From positions 2,112,001 through 2,176,000 of the forward strand of contig CAWIKF010000002.1 in the NCBI GenBank assembly GCA_963836755.1: DNA of 64,000 bases, in the 5' to 3' direction. The stretch's first letter is position 1. Each line of letters opens with the position of its first letter. This DNA comes from an uncultured Verrucomicrobiae bacterium. GTDB taxonomy: Bacteria > Verrucomicrobiota > Verrucomicrobiia > Chthoniobacterales > Chthoniobacteraceae. The translations under genes were made by a program, and so were the position numbers. Positions 29,695 to 40,587 of the stretch are shown in pieces. The notes under the pieces are model-generated. The model saw only the letters and a program-made list of their open reading frames with translations, had not been told where the DNA came from and ran no database searches.

Positions 29695-32600
29695 CTACTG
29701 CTGGGTGTTAAGCTTGGCGGCAACTGATTCGTCCACGTGGACCTCGAAGCGATCGAGGTGGAGTTTGTCGGGCCTGCTGCCGTAGAGATCGAAGACTACG
29801 AGATCATTGTCGCCTTCTTTCAACCAGCACTCCGGCATGTAAAGCGGGTAGTTTTGCGGCGAACGCGATTCGCCGAGGTTGTGGCCATTGAGCCAGACGT
29901 GCCCGGCCTTCAATCCATCGGTGAGCAGACCGATCGTCTCGCGCATGCCGGCTGGTTGATGGTAGTCAAAAGTGCATTTCCAAAAGATAGGTCCTGAAGG
30001 CGCCGAGCCCGACTGCCACGGCTGATGCGCGAGAAAGTCGCTCCAATTCGTCACCTTCCCGATGATGCCAGTTTCTTCCAAGTCATCGAGGCCGCCATGG
30101 AAGTGCCAGGTCGCATGCGCCAGTGGTGAGTTATGCCAGAGGCTTAAGCCAAGCTGCCCGGTGTCACCGCCAAGCCGGCTTCGGATCAGGACAAGGACCG
30201 TGTTCTTGCCGGGGATGAGGAGCTTCGATGCGTCGACGGTTTGGTCCGCCAGCAACTGGCCGTTGAGATAAACGATGACCTTGGGAGGCTGAGGCTCTCG
30301 TTGCCCCTTCACCGCCGGCGGCGGATCGAAGCGGGGCGATTCGATCATCGAGTCGACTTGCGCCGACGTGACGTTGAAGGCGCCGCGATACAAAGAGTCG
30401 CCGCGCGCAATGGTGAGCGCGAGCGCGGATGGATTGACCGCAGTCCACGCGGAATCGTCGTAGTCGGGTTTGGCGACCTCAGCGACGTCGCCCTTGGTGG
30501 CCTGCTCCCATTTTTTCCAAATGACATCGAGCCGCGTCGCAGCCGAATCGGTGGAGACTCCGCCCCACAATCCGCGCGCCGTCCGCATGCCATCGAGGTC
30601 ATAGAAGAGGGTCTTCGATCGTGGAGACGACTTGACGAGAATGGCCAAAGAGTTGTCGCCCGGCTGCGCGTCGGGAAAGGTGAGCGAGCCGGACTCGCCG
30701 TAGTTCAGCGTGGTCGTCGTGCCGGCTTTGCCGTTGAGGTATGGGATAAAAGTTCCGGACTGGCCGCCGAAGTGCAACGAAACCGGCCCGGCCTTGTCCG
30801 CATGCAGCGTGGCGCGATACCAGCCATAACGGTTCTGAAAGCTGTCGTAAGTTTCCATCGGATGCGGGCCGGTCGAGGAAAGCCACGTGTCGGTTTTCAG
30901 CTTCGCATCCCGCTCCGGCGCGGCATCGCGCCAAGTCCAGCTTCCAAGCGCGGGAAGATCGGGAACCTTGGCGGCCGCCTGCGCCACTTCCGATTTTCCC
31001 GAGGCCGCGTAGATCGTCGCTTTTCCACCCTCCGGTGGAAACTCCATTTGGCCATCTTCGCGCACGAACGATGGGCCGATGATGATCTTTCCCTGCGTGA
31101 GCCACGTGCGGTTCGTCATCTCCGTGTTCATGACAAGGAGCACGGTATGCCGGCCGTCGCTCGCAGGGAGGTCGATTTCTGATACGGAGTCGCCCGCGGG
31201 ATAGGTGAAATCAAACTGAGTCCGCGGCATCCGCTCGGCGTTCAGGAAGCGCAGCGTGACCTCGCCGGTGTCGCCGGCCGGGCCGTAGCAAATCCAGTAG
31301 TCGGTCTTGCCGATCGTCTGACGCGCCATGACGTTGGTGCAGATCGATTCAAACGACGCGTTCTCCGTCCATGGCACGCTGAGCAAAATCGTCCGCGGCT
31401 CACCGGTGCCGATGTGGAAGCTCCCCTTGTGCGGCAACGTCAACCCACCCACCGTCACATGTGTCTCCAGCGGAATGTTCGGATCGGCAGCAGGCGCGCC
31501 CTTGCGCTGGAAATTATCCACCATGATGAAACTGCCTTGCGTAGGATTGGTGCGCGCGGTCACGCGCAGCGCGGGCTGGTCGCAAATCGCGAGCGTCGGA
31601 TCATTGTGGCTGCCGGTTAAAAGCGGCGTGAAAGTTTGCGCGAAATACGCCGCGCGCCGGGCGGGAAAATAAAGATTGTGCAACTGTCCTGCCTCACCGA
31701 CCGGCGCGGAATAATCATACGAGACGCCGGGCGATTCGCCGTCGCCGGAGTAGCCGAAATTCGTCCCGCCGTGCCCCATGTAGTAATTGTAGCCTGCGCC
31801 GCCGAACGCGATGATCTTCCAGGTGCCGTGGATCTTTCCATCGAGCGCGCCCTTCGAGAGATCGCCATTGGTCCAGGTCGCAGTCGGTCTGCCGACGTAG
31901 CCGGTCCAGAACTCGGTGCTATACCAAGGCGACGGAGTGATCGCAAAGGGCGCCTCATCCGACGCCGTGGGATCGGAGCGGTGACGCAGACCGGAGTTAA
32001 AGGTGGGCACCTCGATGCCATTGTGAGCGGCCTGTTCGTCGAGATGTTTCAGATAAGGATCGATCACCTGCGTGCCCCAGCCGTTGGGATGCTCGTTTTC
32101 AAGCTGAACCATGAACACGCTTCCACCGCGATTGATCTGATGCCTCGCCACGATCTGCTCGACCTTATCCAAATGCGGATCGGAGTAGGCAATGGAAGGG
32201 CCGAGTTCGCGATCGATCATGCCAGGCTTCACGGTGAGCCACGCGGGATAGCCGCCCAACTCCCACTCGCCGCACGAGTAAGGTCCCACGCGCACCACGG
32301 CAACCATGCCCATCTCCTCGAGCAGTGAAAGCCACGCATCGAGATCGAGATTGTCGTTAAAGTTCCATTGCCCTTCCTTTGGCTCCGTCGCATTCCAGAA
32401 GACATAGGTCTGCACGCAATTGAAGCCCATCATCTTGAAGCGCCAAATCCGGTCGCGCCACAACTCGCGAGGCACCCGCGCGTAATGAATGGAGCCCGAC
32501 CGGATGAAGATCGGTTTGCCGTTGATGACAAAGTAGCCGTCCTTCCAATGCACCGCTTTTTCCGCAGCCGGCATCGGCGGGAAAATTTCGTCCCTTTTCC

Positions 32601-32733
32601 CGAGATCAGCTTGTGGCGCAGCTTCGGCAGCGGCGTCGGCGCGAGCGATCAACACGGCCGCGACAGCGATGAAAAGCAACACAAAGCGGCAGAACCACCG
32701 GAGGGATTGACGCATCTTTTTGAAACTGTCCAT
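29695..32733 (-). CDS. GH35 beta-galactosidase with C-terminal beta-sandwich domains (secreted; start uncertain)
   Basis: SGSIHYARVP..LW.DR, QTYVFWN, RVGPY.CGEWE.GGYP.W, QLENE, TEFW, NYYM.HGGTNFG, SYDY.AP; signal peptide. Confidence 0.9.
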   Translation of the reverse strand: MDSFKKMRQSLRWFCRFVLLFIAVAAVLIARADAAAEAAPQADLGKRDEIFPPMPAAEKAVHWKDGYFVINGKPIFIRSGSIHYARVPRELWRDRIWRFKMMGFNCVQTYVFWNATEPKEGQWNFNDNLDLDAWLSLLEEMGMVAVVRVGPYSCGEWELGGYPAWLTVKPGMIDRELGPSIAYSDPHLDKVEQIVARHQINRGGSVFMVQLENEHPNGWGTQVIDPYLKHLDEQAAHNGIEVPTFNSGLRHRSDPTASDEAPFAITPSPWYSTEFWTGYVGRPTATWTNGDLSKGALDGKIHGTWKIIAFGGAGYNYYMGHGGTNFGYSGDGESPGVSYDYSAPVGEAGQLHNLYFPARRAAYFAQTFTPLLTGSHNDPTLAICDQPALRVTARTNPTQGSFIMVDNFQRKGAPAADPNIPLETHVTVGGLTLPHKGSFHIGTGEPRTILLSVPWTENASFESICTNVMARQTIGKTDYWICYGPAGDTGEVTLRFLNAERMPRTQFDFTYPAGDSVSEIDLPASDGRHTVLLVMNTEMTNRTWLTQGKIIIGPSFVREDGQMEFPPEGGKATIYAASGKSEVAQAAAKVPDLPALGSWTWRDAAPERDAKLKTDTWLSSTGPHPMETYDSFQNRYGWYRATLHADKAGPVSLHFGGQSGTFIPYLNGKAGTTTTLNYGESGSLTFPDAQPGDNSLAILVKSSPRSKTLFYDLDGMRTARGLWGGVSTDSAATRLDVIWKKWEQATKGDVAEVAKPDYDDSAWTAVNPSALALTIARGDSLYRGAFNVTSAQVDSMIESPRFDPPPAVKGQREPQPPKVIVYLNGQLLADQTVDASKLLIPGKNTVLVLIRSRLGGDTGQLGLSLWHNSPLAHATWHFHGGLDDLEETGIIGKVTNWSDFLAHQPWQSGSAPSGPIFWKCTFDYHQPAGMRETIGLLTDGLKAGHVWLNGHNLGESRSPQNYPLYMPECWLKEGDNDLVVFDLYGSRPDKLHLDRFEVHVDESVAAKLNTQQ

Positions 32734-32778
32734 CTCCTCGATGGCGGTCAAGGCACGAACCTTCTCCCAACGAACGCG

Positions 32779-33099
32779 CTACGCCGGGGGCGCTTCGGTG
32801 TCGAGGCGGAGCAGCATCGGGCCGATGTCCACCGTGCGCGCCGCGATGTCGAGGGTGTCGGCGGGGATGCGGTAAAGGTTGCCAAATCCGCGCGTGACAA
32901 TGCCGGCCTCTCGCAGCTGGGCGATGTGCTTCGAGAGGACGTTTGCCGGGCGACCGATGCGGCGGGAGAGTTCGGCGACGGGAAGGGGCTCGCCTTTGCT
33001 GAGTTCGACGAGGATGCGCCAGCGGTTGATGTCGCCGATGGCTGAGAGGATATCGTCGAGGGAAGCTGGGGTGGGCATGGGTTTGGGGAGTGGCGGCAT
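32779..33099 (-). CDS. ArsR-like winged-helix regulator
   Basis: IGDINRWRIL.EL, VAELSRRIG, LSKHIAQLREAGIV. Confidence 0.8.
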   Translation of the reverse strand: MPPLPKPMPTPASLDDILSAIGDINRWRILVELSKGEPLPVAELSRRIGRPANVLSKHIAQLREAGIVTRGFGNLYRIPADTLDIAARTVDIGPMLLRLDTEAPPA

Positions 33100-33146
33100 C
33101 TTCGGCGTGGGATGAGGAGATTACAAGGCTGCGCTCAGCCTTTTTG

Positions 33147-33377
33147 TTCCCGCGTTGCTCAATTGTATTCCTGCACCGCTCAATTTGTTTCCGGGAACGC
33201 GCCGTCCATTTCCTGCACCGCTCCATTCCATTCCTGCGCTGGGAAGGCATTTTCCTCCATTCGCACATTTCTTTCCTGCACTGCTCCATTTGGATCCTGC
33301 ACCGCTCGATTCCTTTCCTGCGTCGCGCATTTTCTTTCCTGTAGATGCGTATTTTTCTCCCGTAGATGGGGATTTTT
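33147..33377. repeat. Eleven degenerate tandem 21-nt units
   Basis: Units start (T/A/C)TCC at 33147, 33168, 33189, 33210, 33231, 33252, 33273, 33294, 33315, 33336 and 33357; core TCCTGCACCGCTC. Confidence 0.85.
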
Positions 33378-33423
33378 CCGTTGCATGGGAGCAAAGTTTA
33401 CCGGCACGCCGGTCCAGCGGCGG

Positions 33424-33615
33424 TCACTTTTCCTTTTTCGACTTTGCGGCGCTCTGTTTTTTCGCCGCTTTCATGTTGTCCACCAAGTTCGGATACGGTC
33501 GCCCTGCCCGCTTCGCGGCTGCTTTGGCTTTCGCTTTGCTTTTCGGCGTGAGTTTCGTGTGGCTGCTCTTCTTTGGCGCCGGTTTATCCCAAGGTTCCTT
33601 CTTTTTCGCGGGCAT
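33424..33615 (-). CDS. Small basic conserved hypothetical protein
   Basis: 63 aa, Lys-rich, containing AKRAGRPYPNLVDNM. Confidence 0.75.
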   Translation of the reverse strand: MPAKKKEPWDKPAPKKSSHTKLTPKSKAKAKAAAKRAGRPYPNLVDNMKAAKKQSAAKSKKEK

Positions 33616-33713
33616 GCTGGGAATTCGTATGTCGCGCGACCCGAGGACGGACAGACCTTTCGCGCGAAAACTGCATGCTTCTCCCGCGCACGCGCGGATG
33701 CTTTGGAAAAAAG

Positions 33714-34466
33714 TTACCGCAGCCCGCCGCCAACGAACAGCGATTCGCCCGTGATCCACGACGAGTCGGCCGATGCGAGGAACACCGCCGCCGTCGCAAT
33801 GTCGCGCGGCTGGCCGATGCGCCCCAGCGGCGTCTGCGCCTCGATCTGCCGGCGGAACTCGCCTTCCGTGAACCCCGTCGCTGCCGTTCCTTCGGTTTCG
33901 ACCATGCTCGGGTTGATGGAATTGACGCGAATCTGCCGCGCGCCCAATTCTTTCGACAAAACTTTCGTCACCGCATCGACGGACGCCTTTGTCGCGGAGT
34001 AAACCGCCGATCCCGGCGGGGTGAAACTACTCACTGCCGAGCTGATATTGATGACGCTCCCGCCTTCCGTGCCGAAATGTTTCGCGGCTTGCTGCGTCAC
34101 GAGCAAAAGCCCGAGCACGTTCAGGTCAAAATGTTTGTGGAAATGCTCCTCGGTGATTTGCTCCAGGGGCATGAACTCGTAGATGCCCGCGTTGTTCACC
34201 AGCACGTCGATCCGCCCGAAGACCTTTTTCGTTTCGGCAAAAAGCCGCTCGATGTCCGCGCGCTTCGCCATGTCCCCCTGCACGGCCACGGCTTTGCCGC
34301 CGTCCGCCGTGATCTCGCCGACTACTTTTTCGGCGCCGGCTTTGCTCGATGCGTAGTTGACGACGACCGCCGCGCCCTCCGCTGCGAGTTCTTTGGCAAT
34401 GGCTGCGCCGATCCCCTTCGAAGCGCCGGTGACGACTGCGACTTTTCCCGCGAGTTTTTGTGACAT
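33714..34466 (-). CDS. Short-chain dehydrogenase/reductase
   Basis: TGASKGIG, NNAG, NISS, YSATK. Confidence 0.95.
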   Translation of the reverse strand: MSQKLAGKVAVVTGASKGIGAAIAKELAAEGAAVVVNYASSKAGAEKVVGEITADGGKAVAVQGDMAKRADIERLFAETKKVFGRIDVLVNNAGIYEFMPLEQITEEHFHKHFDLNVLGLLLVTQQAAKHFGTEGGSVINISSAVSSFTPPGSAVYSATKASVDAVTKVLSKELGARQIRVNSINPSMVETEGTAATGFTEGEFRRQIEAQTPLGRIGQPRDIATAAVFLASADSSWITGESLFVGGGLR

Positions 34467-34524
34467 GCGGCGGAGTTGCGCAGTTTCCCGCGCACGCGGC
34501 AAGGTTAATCAAGATGCCGCCGGC

Positions 34525-34992
34525 TCAATGGCCATGATGCCAATGGTGCCAGTCATGGTGACCGTGGTAGGAGCCGCCGATGAAGATCGGCGGATAAAGT
34601 CCGGCGCCGATGTAAGGACCATACGGATACCACGGGCCATCATAATAAGGCTGCGGCGCGTAGAGCTCCGGCGTGCGCAGCAGGTAATCGATGACTGACG
34701 GATCGACGCCCGCGTGCCGCAATTCCACCACATCCTGCGAGCGGAGCCGATAAACCGCGTAGGTCGAGCGCAGGTAGTCGATGATGAAGCCTGGCGGGAT
34801 TCGCCGGCGTGAAAGTTCCATGATGTCCGGCAGCGAGAGCGGCTCGCCGTAAGTCATCGCGTCATAAATCGGCCGCGGGACGCCGTGCTGACCGAGCATC
34901 GCGCGGTCGCCCGGCGCGAGCTCATTGGCGCAGCCGGCGAAAAGCAGAGCCGCCGTGGCGGCGAGCAACGCGCAGAAAGGAAAGCGTTTCAT
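34525..34992 (-). CDS. Hypothetical lipoprotein with His-rich tail
   Basis: MKRFPFCALLAATAALLFAGC lipobox; ends YHGHHDWHHWHHGH. Confidence 0.75.
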   Translation of the reverse strand: MKRFPFCALLAATAALLFAGCANELAPGDRAMLGQHGVPRPIYDAMTYGEPLSLPDIMELSRRRIPPGFIIDYLRSTYAVYRLRSQDVVELRHAGVDPSVIDYLLRTPELYAPQPYYDGPWYPYGPYIGAGLYPPIFIGGSYHGHHDWHHWHHGH

Positions 34993-35167
34993 CACATGGA
35001 TATCGCCTGCGCATCGGGATTGGGACGTCCGATCCTTCAACCGCGCAATCGGTCGGCAACGGAGCGCGTCGCGCAACGATGCTCGCGCTTTTTTCACCGC
35101 GAAAGGACTTTCCGATTGCGCGAATGCCGCAAAAGTTTTTCGCTGTCGTCAGTTGTCTTCGAAACGA

Positions 35168-37984
35168 ATGCAGGCCGCGCTGAAACTTTACCGCTTTGTC
35201 GAGGACGCATGGCAGGATGGCCTGCGATCCTGGTGTGAAGCGGCTTCGCGGGCCGCGCTCGATGGCGCGCAATGCTGGCTCGCCGTCGCCGGTCGCGGCC
35301 AGGCGCGGTGGATTCGCCAGCGCGCACTCGCGGAAGGGCTGACACTTTTCGGAATCAAATTTCTCGATCCCGCCGCGCTGCGTCGCGAACTGTGCGCACT
35401 GCTCGGCGTCGAGTCAGTCGCGCTCGGCCGCGAGACGCAGGAGCTTTTACTCAAGATCGCCGCCGGCCCCGCATCGCGCCTCGCAACAAACGCCGACGCG
35501 TGTCTGCGCGCGCTGGAAGATCTCGCCGCCGCGGGCTGGAACGAAGACGCGCTCGACCTGCCGCCGAAGATCGCGCGCGAAATTTTTCGTCTGCTGAAAA
35601 GTTCGCGCGCATGGACGCCGGAGCTCGACCGATGCTTGCTGGAACGGGCGAGCGAGCAGCCGCTCTGGAGTTGCGTTGCCGGCTGGGACGCCGCGCATTT
35701 TCCTGAAACCAATCTCCTCACCGCCCTCGCGCGCAGCAGCACGCGCTGCGAATTTTTTCTCAGCCAGCCGCGCGGCGCCAGCGAAAGTCTGCAACGAAGC
35801 TGGATTGCAGATGTCGAGCGTTTGTTAAACACTTCGCACACCGTCTGCAAGGCGAGCGATTTTGTTTCTCCACACGAATCGCTGGTCGAGCGGCTCGGCG
35901 GCGTCGATCTGATGCCGGAAAAGTCCGCGCCAGTTTCGCTCCTCGTCGGCCGCGAGGGATGGGATCAAATTCGGCTCGTGCGCGACGACGTGCTCGCGTG
36001 GCTGGCGCGCGCGACGGATGCCGAACGGCTCGCGCTCATCGTCCCGCGCCGCTCCGCGACCTCCATTGCACTCGTGCGCGAGGTCGTTGCCGCCAATATC
36101 GAGCTACTCGACGACACTGCGGAAAAAGTGGAGCCGCCGCTCGACATCCTGATTCAAGCCGCCGTCGCGCGATATCACTTGAGCGGCTGCGACATCGAGC
36201 CACTGCTCGGTTTGATCAAGCTGCTGAACGAAAAATCAGCTGGCGCGTGGGACTGGCTCGATCCAGCAAAAGCGCAACGCTCGTTGGACAAAGCGTTTTC
36301 GACGCTGCAAAGCCGCAACGCTCATCTGCTCGCGTGTGGTTTTGAAGAATCGGCAAACCGCGAATGGCAGCAGATCACAACTTTGATCGCAGAGCTCGGA
36401 AAGTGGGAAGGCGACGTTGACTGGAGTGGAGCGGAAAACAAGTGGCTCGCATCGCTCGCGCCGCTGGGCATCTCGATCGAGCTGCTCGAGCCGGTTTGGT
36501 CGCAGACCGCGGAGTTGCTCGACGGCAGGAAAATCAGCGCGAGACTTTTCCTCGAGTATGTCGCCGCGCTGCTCGCCCCGCGGAACTCGCAGCGCCCGGC
36601 CGAGGCTTCCGCCCCGCATGCACGCGTGCTCGTGACGACGCTCGCGAACGCGCTGCATCAAACATGGGACCGGCTCGTTTTTCTCGACAGCAATGAAGGC
36701 GTCTGGCCCGTGAGGCCGGAAGAAACGCCGTTTCTCGATGACGCTGCGCGCACCGCGCTGAATCAGCACCGCGGGGAGCGTGCGCATCTGCTGACGAGCG
36801 GCGACCAATCGGCTCTCGATCAGGCGCATTTTCTCGACCTGATCGAGCACTGCGGCGGCGGGATTGTTTTTGCAGCCAACGCGCGCGAATCGGGAGACGC
36901 CGCGCGCGAGGCCTATCCGAATGAGTGGCTGATTCGCTGTCTCATCGAACGCCACGGCTCCGCGAAACAAGCGATCGCGGAGTGGAATCGCGCCATCGAA
37001 CTTTGCACGGACGACGCGAAACTTTTACCCGCAGACGAGCGGGCGCATTTGGAAAAAGTTCACGCGAGCCGCATGAACGCCGCGTTGCCGTTCGACCACT
37101 ATTTGTTTAACTTTGGAAAATCGAAATTCGTCGTGCGATCCTGGTCCGCCGGTAAACTCGATGAAGCGCTCACCTGCCCTGCCACCTTCGCGCTGCGGGA
37201 AATTTTCGATGCCGAATCCATGCGCGAAGCCGCGTGGACTCGCGGAGAAAGCCTGGTCATCGGCACTCGGGCGCATACGTGGCTCGCTCGCGCGCTTGAC
37301 GGGAGCGACGACTTTAAACCGCTGCCACGCGGCGATTTTTTTGCGCCGCTGGCGGCGCAGGTCGCCGCCGCCACGCAACATCTGCGCGAGTGCTATGAGA
37401 GCCAGAATCTGCAGCTACCGATTTGGTGGGAAAGCTGTCTGCGCAAGGCCGCGTGGGTCGCGCGACGCTGTTTGCTTGCAGTGACTGCGATCAATCACGG
37501 AGGCTTTTATGCGATGGAGAAAAAACTCCGACATGAGGTGAAAACCGCCGCGGGCGATTTGCGTTTGAGCGGCCGCTTCGATCTCGTCCTGAGTGACCAA
37601 CCGTCGTTGGAAAATGCGCGCGTCAACATTCTCGATTTCAAAACGGGCAAAACTGCCGCGCCAACTTTTGCGACACTTGCGAAAGGCGCAGGCTTTCAAT
37701 TTGCCGCCTACTTTTTAATGGCGCGCGATGCGGGCGCCGCGAGCGCATCGGTCGGCGTGATTCGGCACGACATGACGACGCTCGACGCTTTCACAGACGC
37801 GGATGAAATGGCGCTGCGCGAGGCAATGGAGCCGTTGGCGAGGCTTCAGCGCGATTTGAATTTTGGGCGGCGGGGTCCGCTGGTTGAAAAATGGGCAGTG
37901 TGCGAAAAGTTGCCGATGGCCACGCTCGCGATTCCGCGCGAGGTGCTGGAAAAAAAGGCCGAGGCTGGCCTGCCGGCGGATTAG
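35168..37984 (+). CDS. AddB/RecB-like protein with C-terminal PD-(D/E)XK nuclease
   Basis: NEGVWP, SAGKL...CP..F, G...H, E..L, SGRFDL and ILDFKTG nuclease motifs. No Walker A seen. Confidence 0.75.
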   Translation: MQAALKLYRFVEDAWQDGLRSWCEAASRAALDGAQCWLAVAGRGQARWIRQRALAEGLTLFGIKFLDPAALRRELCALLGVESVALGRETQELLLKIAAGPASRLATNADACLRALEDLAAAGWNEDALDLPPKIAREIFRLLKSSRAWTPELDRCLLERASEQPLWSCVAGWDAAHFPETNLLTALARSSTRCEFFLSQPRGASESLQRSWIADVERLLNTSHTVCKASDFVSPHESLVERLGGVDLMPEKSAPVSLLVGREGWDQIRLVRDDVLAWLARATDAERLALIVPRRSATSIALVREVVAANIELLDDTAEKVEPPLDILIQAAVARYHLSGCDIEPLLGLIKLLNEKSAGAWDWLDPAKAQRSLDKAFSTLQSRNAHLLACGFEESANREWQQITTLIAELGKWEGDVDWSGAENKWLASLAPLGISIELLEPVWSQTAELLDGRKISARLFLEYVAALLAPRNSQRPAEASAPHARVLVTTLANALHQTWDRLVFLDSNEGVWPVRPEETPFLDDAARTALNQHRGERAHLLTSGDQSALDQAHFLDLIEHCGGGIVFAANARESGDAAREAYPNEWLIRCLIERHGSAKQAIAEWNRAIELCTDDAKLLPADERAHLEKVHASRMNAALPFDHYLFNFGKSKFVVRSWSAGKLDEALTCPATFALREIFDAESMREAAWTRGESLVIGTRAHTWLARALDGSDDFKPLPRGDFFAPLAAQVAAATQHLRECYESQNLQLPIWWESCLRKAAWVARRCLLAVTAINHGGFYAMEKKLRHEVKTAAGDLRLSGRFDLVLSDQPSLENARVNILDFKTGKTAAPTFATLAKGAGFQFAAYFLMARDAGAASASVGVIRHDMTTLDAFTDADEMALREAMEPLARLQRDLNFGRRGPLVEKWAVCEKLPMATLAIPREVLEKKAEAGLPAD

Positions 37985-39537
37985 CTACCGGTCTTCAATT
38001 CTACGATATCGTGCCCACCGCTTTCGCGTTGGCCCGCAGGCGTGACGCGGGCGAATCGCGCGCGCGACCTGATCTCATCGAGGGTCAACGCGCCCAGATA
38101 GCCCATCCCAGCTTGAATGCCGCCCACTAGCTGAGTGACAACATTGTCCAGCGAAGCGGAAACTTCTTTTAACGCTTCGATTCCCTCCGCGGCGACCTTG
38201 CGCGTGGCGTCGCGCGCATGTCCGTAGCGCGCAGCGCTGCCGGCTTTCATCGCGGCTTCGCTGCCCATGCCGCGATATTGTTTATAATGTTTGCCGTTGA
38301 TCTCGAGGATTTGCCCGGGCGCTTCCGGACACCCGGCGAGCAATCCCCCGCAGATCACTGCGTGCGAAAGCGTGAGCGCCTTCACGATGTCTCCCGATTT
38401 CGTGATGCCGCCATCCGCAATGATTCGGACGCCGCATTTTTCGGCAGCTCGCGACGCGACGTAAAGTGCAGTGAGCTGCGGAATGCCGACGCCGGCGACG
38501 ATTCGCGTGGTGCAGATCGAGCCGGGACCCTGGCCAACTTTGACGACATTCGCGCCGGCCTCGGCGAGAAATTCCACCGCCGCCGCGCTCGTCACGTTCC
38601 CCGCGATGATCGGCAACTGCGGAAAAAGTTCCCGAATCAGCCGCACCGTTTCGCCAACGCCCTGGCTGTGCGCATGCGCGGTGGAGACGGCGACGACATC
38701 GATGCCGCGATCCACCAGCGCGCCGACATGCGCCGCGATCCTTTGTTTATCGAGTTCGCCCGTCGAATTCCGCGTGGCGGAAACAGCGGCGCCGCACAGC
38801 AGCCGGAATTTCGAATCGCGCGCCGGTTTGACCTGCGAGGCGCGTTCCTGCGTAATCTGCTCGATGTCGCTCATCGTGAAAAGTCCGCGCAAGCGGTCCT
38901 CGTCATCGACGACGAGCAATTTGTGAATGCCGACGTGGTCGGTGAAAAATTTGTCAGCGCGCGCGATCGGATCGCTGGCGATTTCGTTTTGCCGGATCGT
39001 GTGAAGCTGCGCGCGCGGCGTCATCGCTTCGCTGACTTTTCGCGTCGCGTAACGTTCTTTGACAACGTGACCAGGCAGCAAACCGACGAGGCGATCGCTT
39101 TCATCGACGACCGGAAACGTGCTGAAGGAAAAGCGCCGCTGCTCGATGATCGCTAAAACGTCACCGATGAGCTGACCGGGCTCAGCCTTGATCGGGTCTT
39201 GGATGAGGCCGTGAATGTTGTTTTTTACGCGGCTGACTTCGCTGAGCTGCTGGCGCTCGGCCATGTTGTAGTGGATGAGGCCGAGACCGCCGTTGAGCGC
39301 CATCGCGATCGCCATGCTCGATTCCGTGACGGTGTCCATGTCGGCGGAAATGATCGGCATTTGCAGAACGAGACCTTCCGCGAGCCGCGTCTCCAGCCGC
39401 GTGTTGCGCGGGAGAATTTCCGAATAAAGCGTCGCGAGCGTGACGTCGTCGTAGGTCAGCGCGGTATCTGCATGGCTGCGAAAAAATTCATCGGCGGGCT
39501 TGTAAAAAGTTGCGTCGATCGCGGAATCGGAAGCCAT
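37981..39537 (-). CDS. guaB: IMP dehydrogenase (with CBS subdomain)
   Basis: [44 protein letters not shown]. Confidence 0.92.
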   Translation of the reverse strand: MASDSAIDATFYKPADEFFRSHADTALTYDDVTLATLYSEILPRNTRLETRLAEGLVLQMPIISADMDTVTESSMAIAMALNGGLGLIHYNMAERQQLSEVSRVKNNIHGLIQDPIKAEPGQLIGDVLAIIEQRRFSFSTFPVVDESDRLVGLLPGHVVKERYATRKVSEAMTPRAQLHTIRQNEIASDPIARADKFFTDHVGIHKLLVVDDEDRLRGLFTMSDIEQITQERASQVKPARDSKFRLLCGAAVSATRNSTGELDKQRIAAHVGALVDRGIDVVAVSTAHAHSQGVGETVRLIRELFPQLPIIAGNVTSAAAVEFLAEAGANVVKVGQGPGSICTTRIVAGVGIPQLTALYVASRAAEKCGVRIIADGGITKSGDIVKALTLSHAVICGGLLAGCPEAPGQILEINGKHYKQYRGMGSEAAMKAGSAARYGHARDATRKVAAEGIEALKEVSASLDNVVTQLVGGIQAGMGYLGALTLDEIRSRARFARVTPAGQRESGGHDIVELKTGS

Positions 39538-39607
39538 GTCGGATTTTGCGGGAATGCTACGCGGCTGACAAGAGGCAAGCTGCGCGGGCATTCTTTGGCG
39601 TCAAAAA

Positions 39608-39847
39608 TCAGAGCGCGCTCGGACGAAATCGTTCGTTGAGACTGCCGCAACGCGGGCAGCGCGGGAGCGGCGTGGCGGTGGGATCTTCAAACTCGAACGA
39701 GCAGATCGTGCAGCGAAGCCGATGCCGCAGCGCGCGCCGTGCAAAGCGCGCGCGCCGCCAATTCCAGCGCAGCCAGACAAAAAACACTGTGTTAAAAAAC
39801 AGCGCGAGATAGATGAAGATGAGCGTCGAAAGCGAAACGCGGATCAT
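39608..39847 (-). CDS. Small membrane-anchored Zn-ribbon protein
   Basis: N-terminal TM helix, then CTIC...CPRCGSLN. ATG overlaps the upstream stop. Confidence 0.75.
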   Translation of the reverse strand: MIRVSLSTLIFIYLALFFNTVFFVWLRWNWRRARFARRALRHRLRCTICSFEFEDPTATPLPRCPRCGSLNERFRPSAL

Positions 39848-40587
39848 TTTTTTGGCGGCACTTTTTCTAAGACCGACGCACCCCAAGAAAACGTGGCCAT
39901 GCTCCACGTCAGTGGCTCATCGACGTGCGCGAACTCCATCTGGCAAAGCGCTTTCTCGGCTTGCTCATCCACTAATTTGTCGCCCGAGCTGCTCTGTAGA
40001 AAAACGTAGCGCACCTGACCTCGATCCGAGACGCCGACGAGAAAGCGCGCTGCTTGCAATTCCGCGGCGTGTGAATGAATCGCGAACGCCGGAGATTTTG
40101 TCACCACGCGATGCTCGAGATTGTCGGAAAAATCGATCGCGGTTTGCTGACGAACGGGCGCGCTCGTTGCAGCCGACGGCCGCGGCAACGCGCTTTCGAT
40201 CATCGCGAGCGGCGGCAGCGCCGGCGGGTAGCTGAAGTTCGCCTTCGGCTCGGGCGCTAACTTTGGCTGCGCGCGGATTTCCGCGAAGGAAGGATGATAC
40301 GGGACGTCGAGAAGATTTTCGGGCGCGACCTCGGGAGCCATCGCGGCGCTGGCCGGATCCTCCGCCGCGATCCAGCGCAGCAGCGCTTCGTTTTCCGGCG
40401 TCGTGGCAGCAAGCAGGCTGACTTGCGCGGGCGGCGGCGCGACATGAACGGACGGCGGATAGCCGATTTGAAAAATGTAAAAAGTCAGCGCGTGAAGAAA
40501 CAGCGAGAGCGCGATGAACCCAGGCAGCGCAAGCTCAACGTGGCGCGAGTCCGGCCACGAAAACGTCAGCTCGTCCGGAGCGTTCAC
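39844..40587 (-). CDS. TonB-like energy transducer
   Basis: TM helix with SLFLH motif, Pro-rich linker and a C-terminal VSDRGQV...SSGD..VD fold; follows exbD. Confidence 0.65.
   Translation of the reverse strand: MNAPDELTFSWPDSRHVELALPGFIALSLFLHALTFYIFQIGYPPSVHVAPPPAQVSLLAATTPENEALLRWIAAEDPASAAMAPEVAPENLLDVPYHPSFAEIRAQPKLAPEPKANFSYPPALPPLAMIESALPRPSAATSAPVRQQTAIDFSDNLEHRVVTKSPAFAIHSHAAELQAARFLVGVSDRGQVRYVFLQSSSGDKLVDEQAEKALCQMEFAHVDEPLTWSMATFSWGASVLEKVPPKK

Noticed and set aside
33147..33377. CRISPR array interpretation of the 21-nt repeats (also considered for 10055-10335)
   Set aside because: No invariant repeat alternating with unique spacers, the period is too short, and there are no cas genes in the window.
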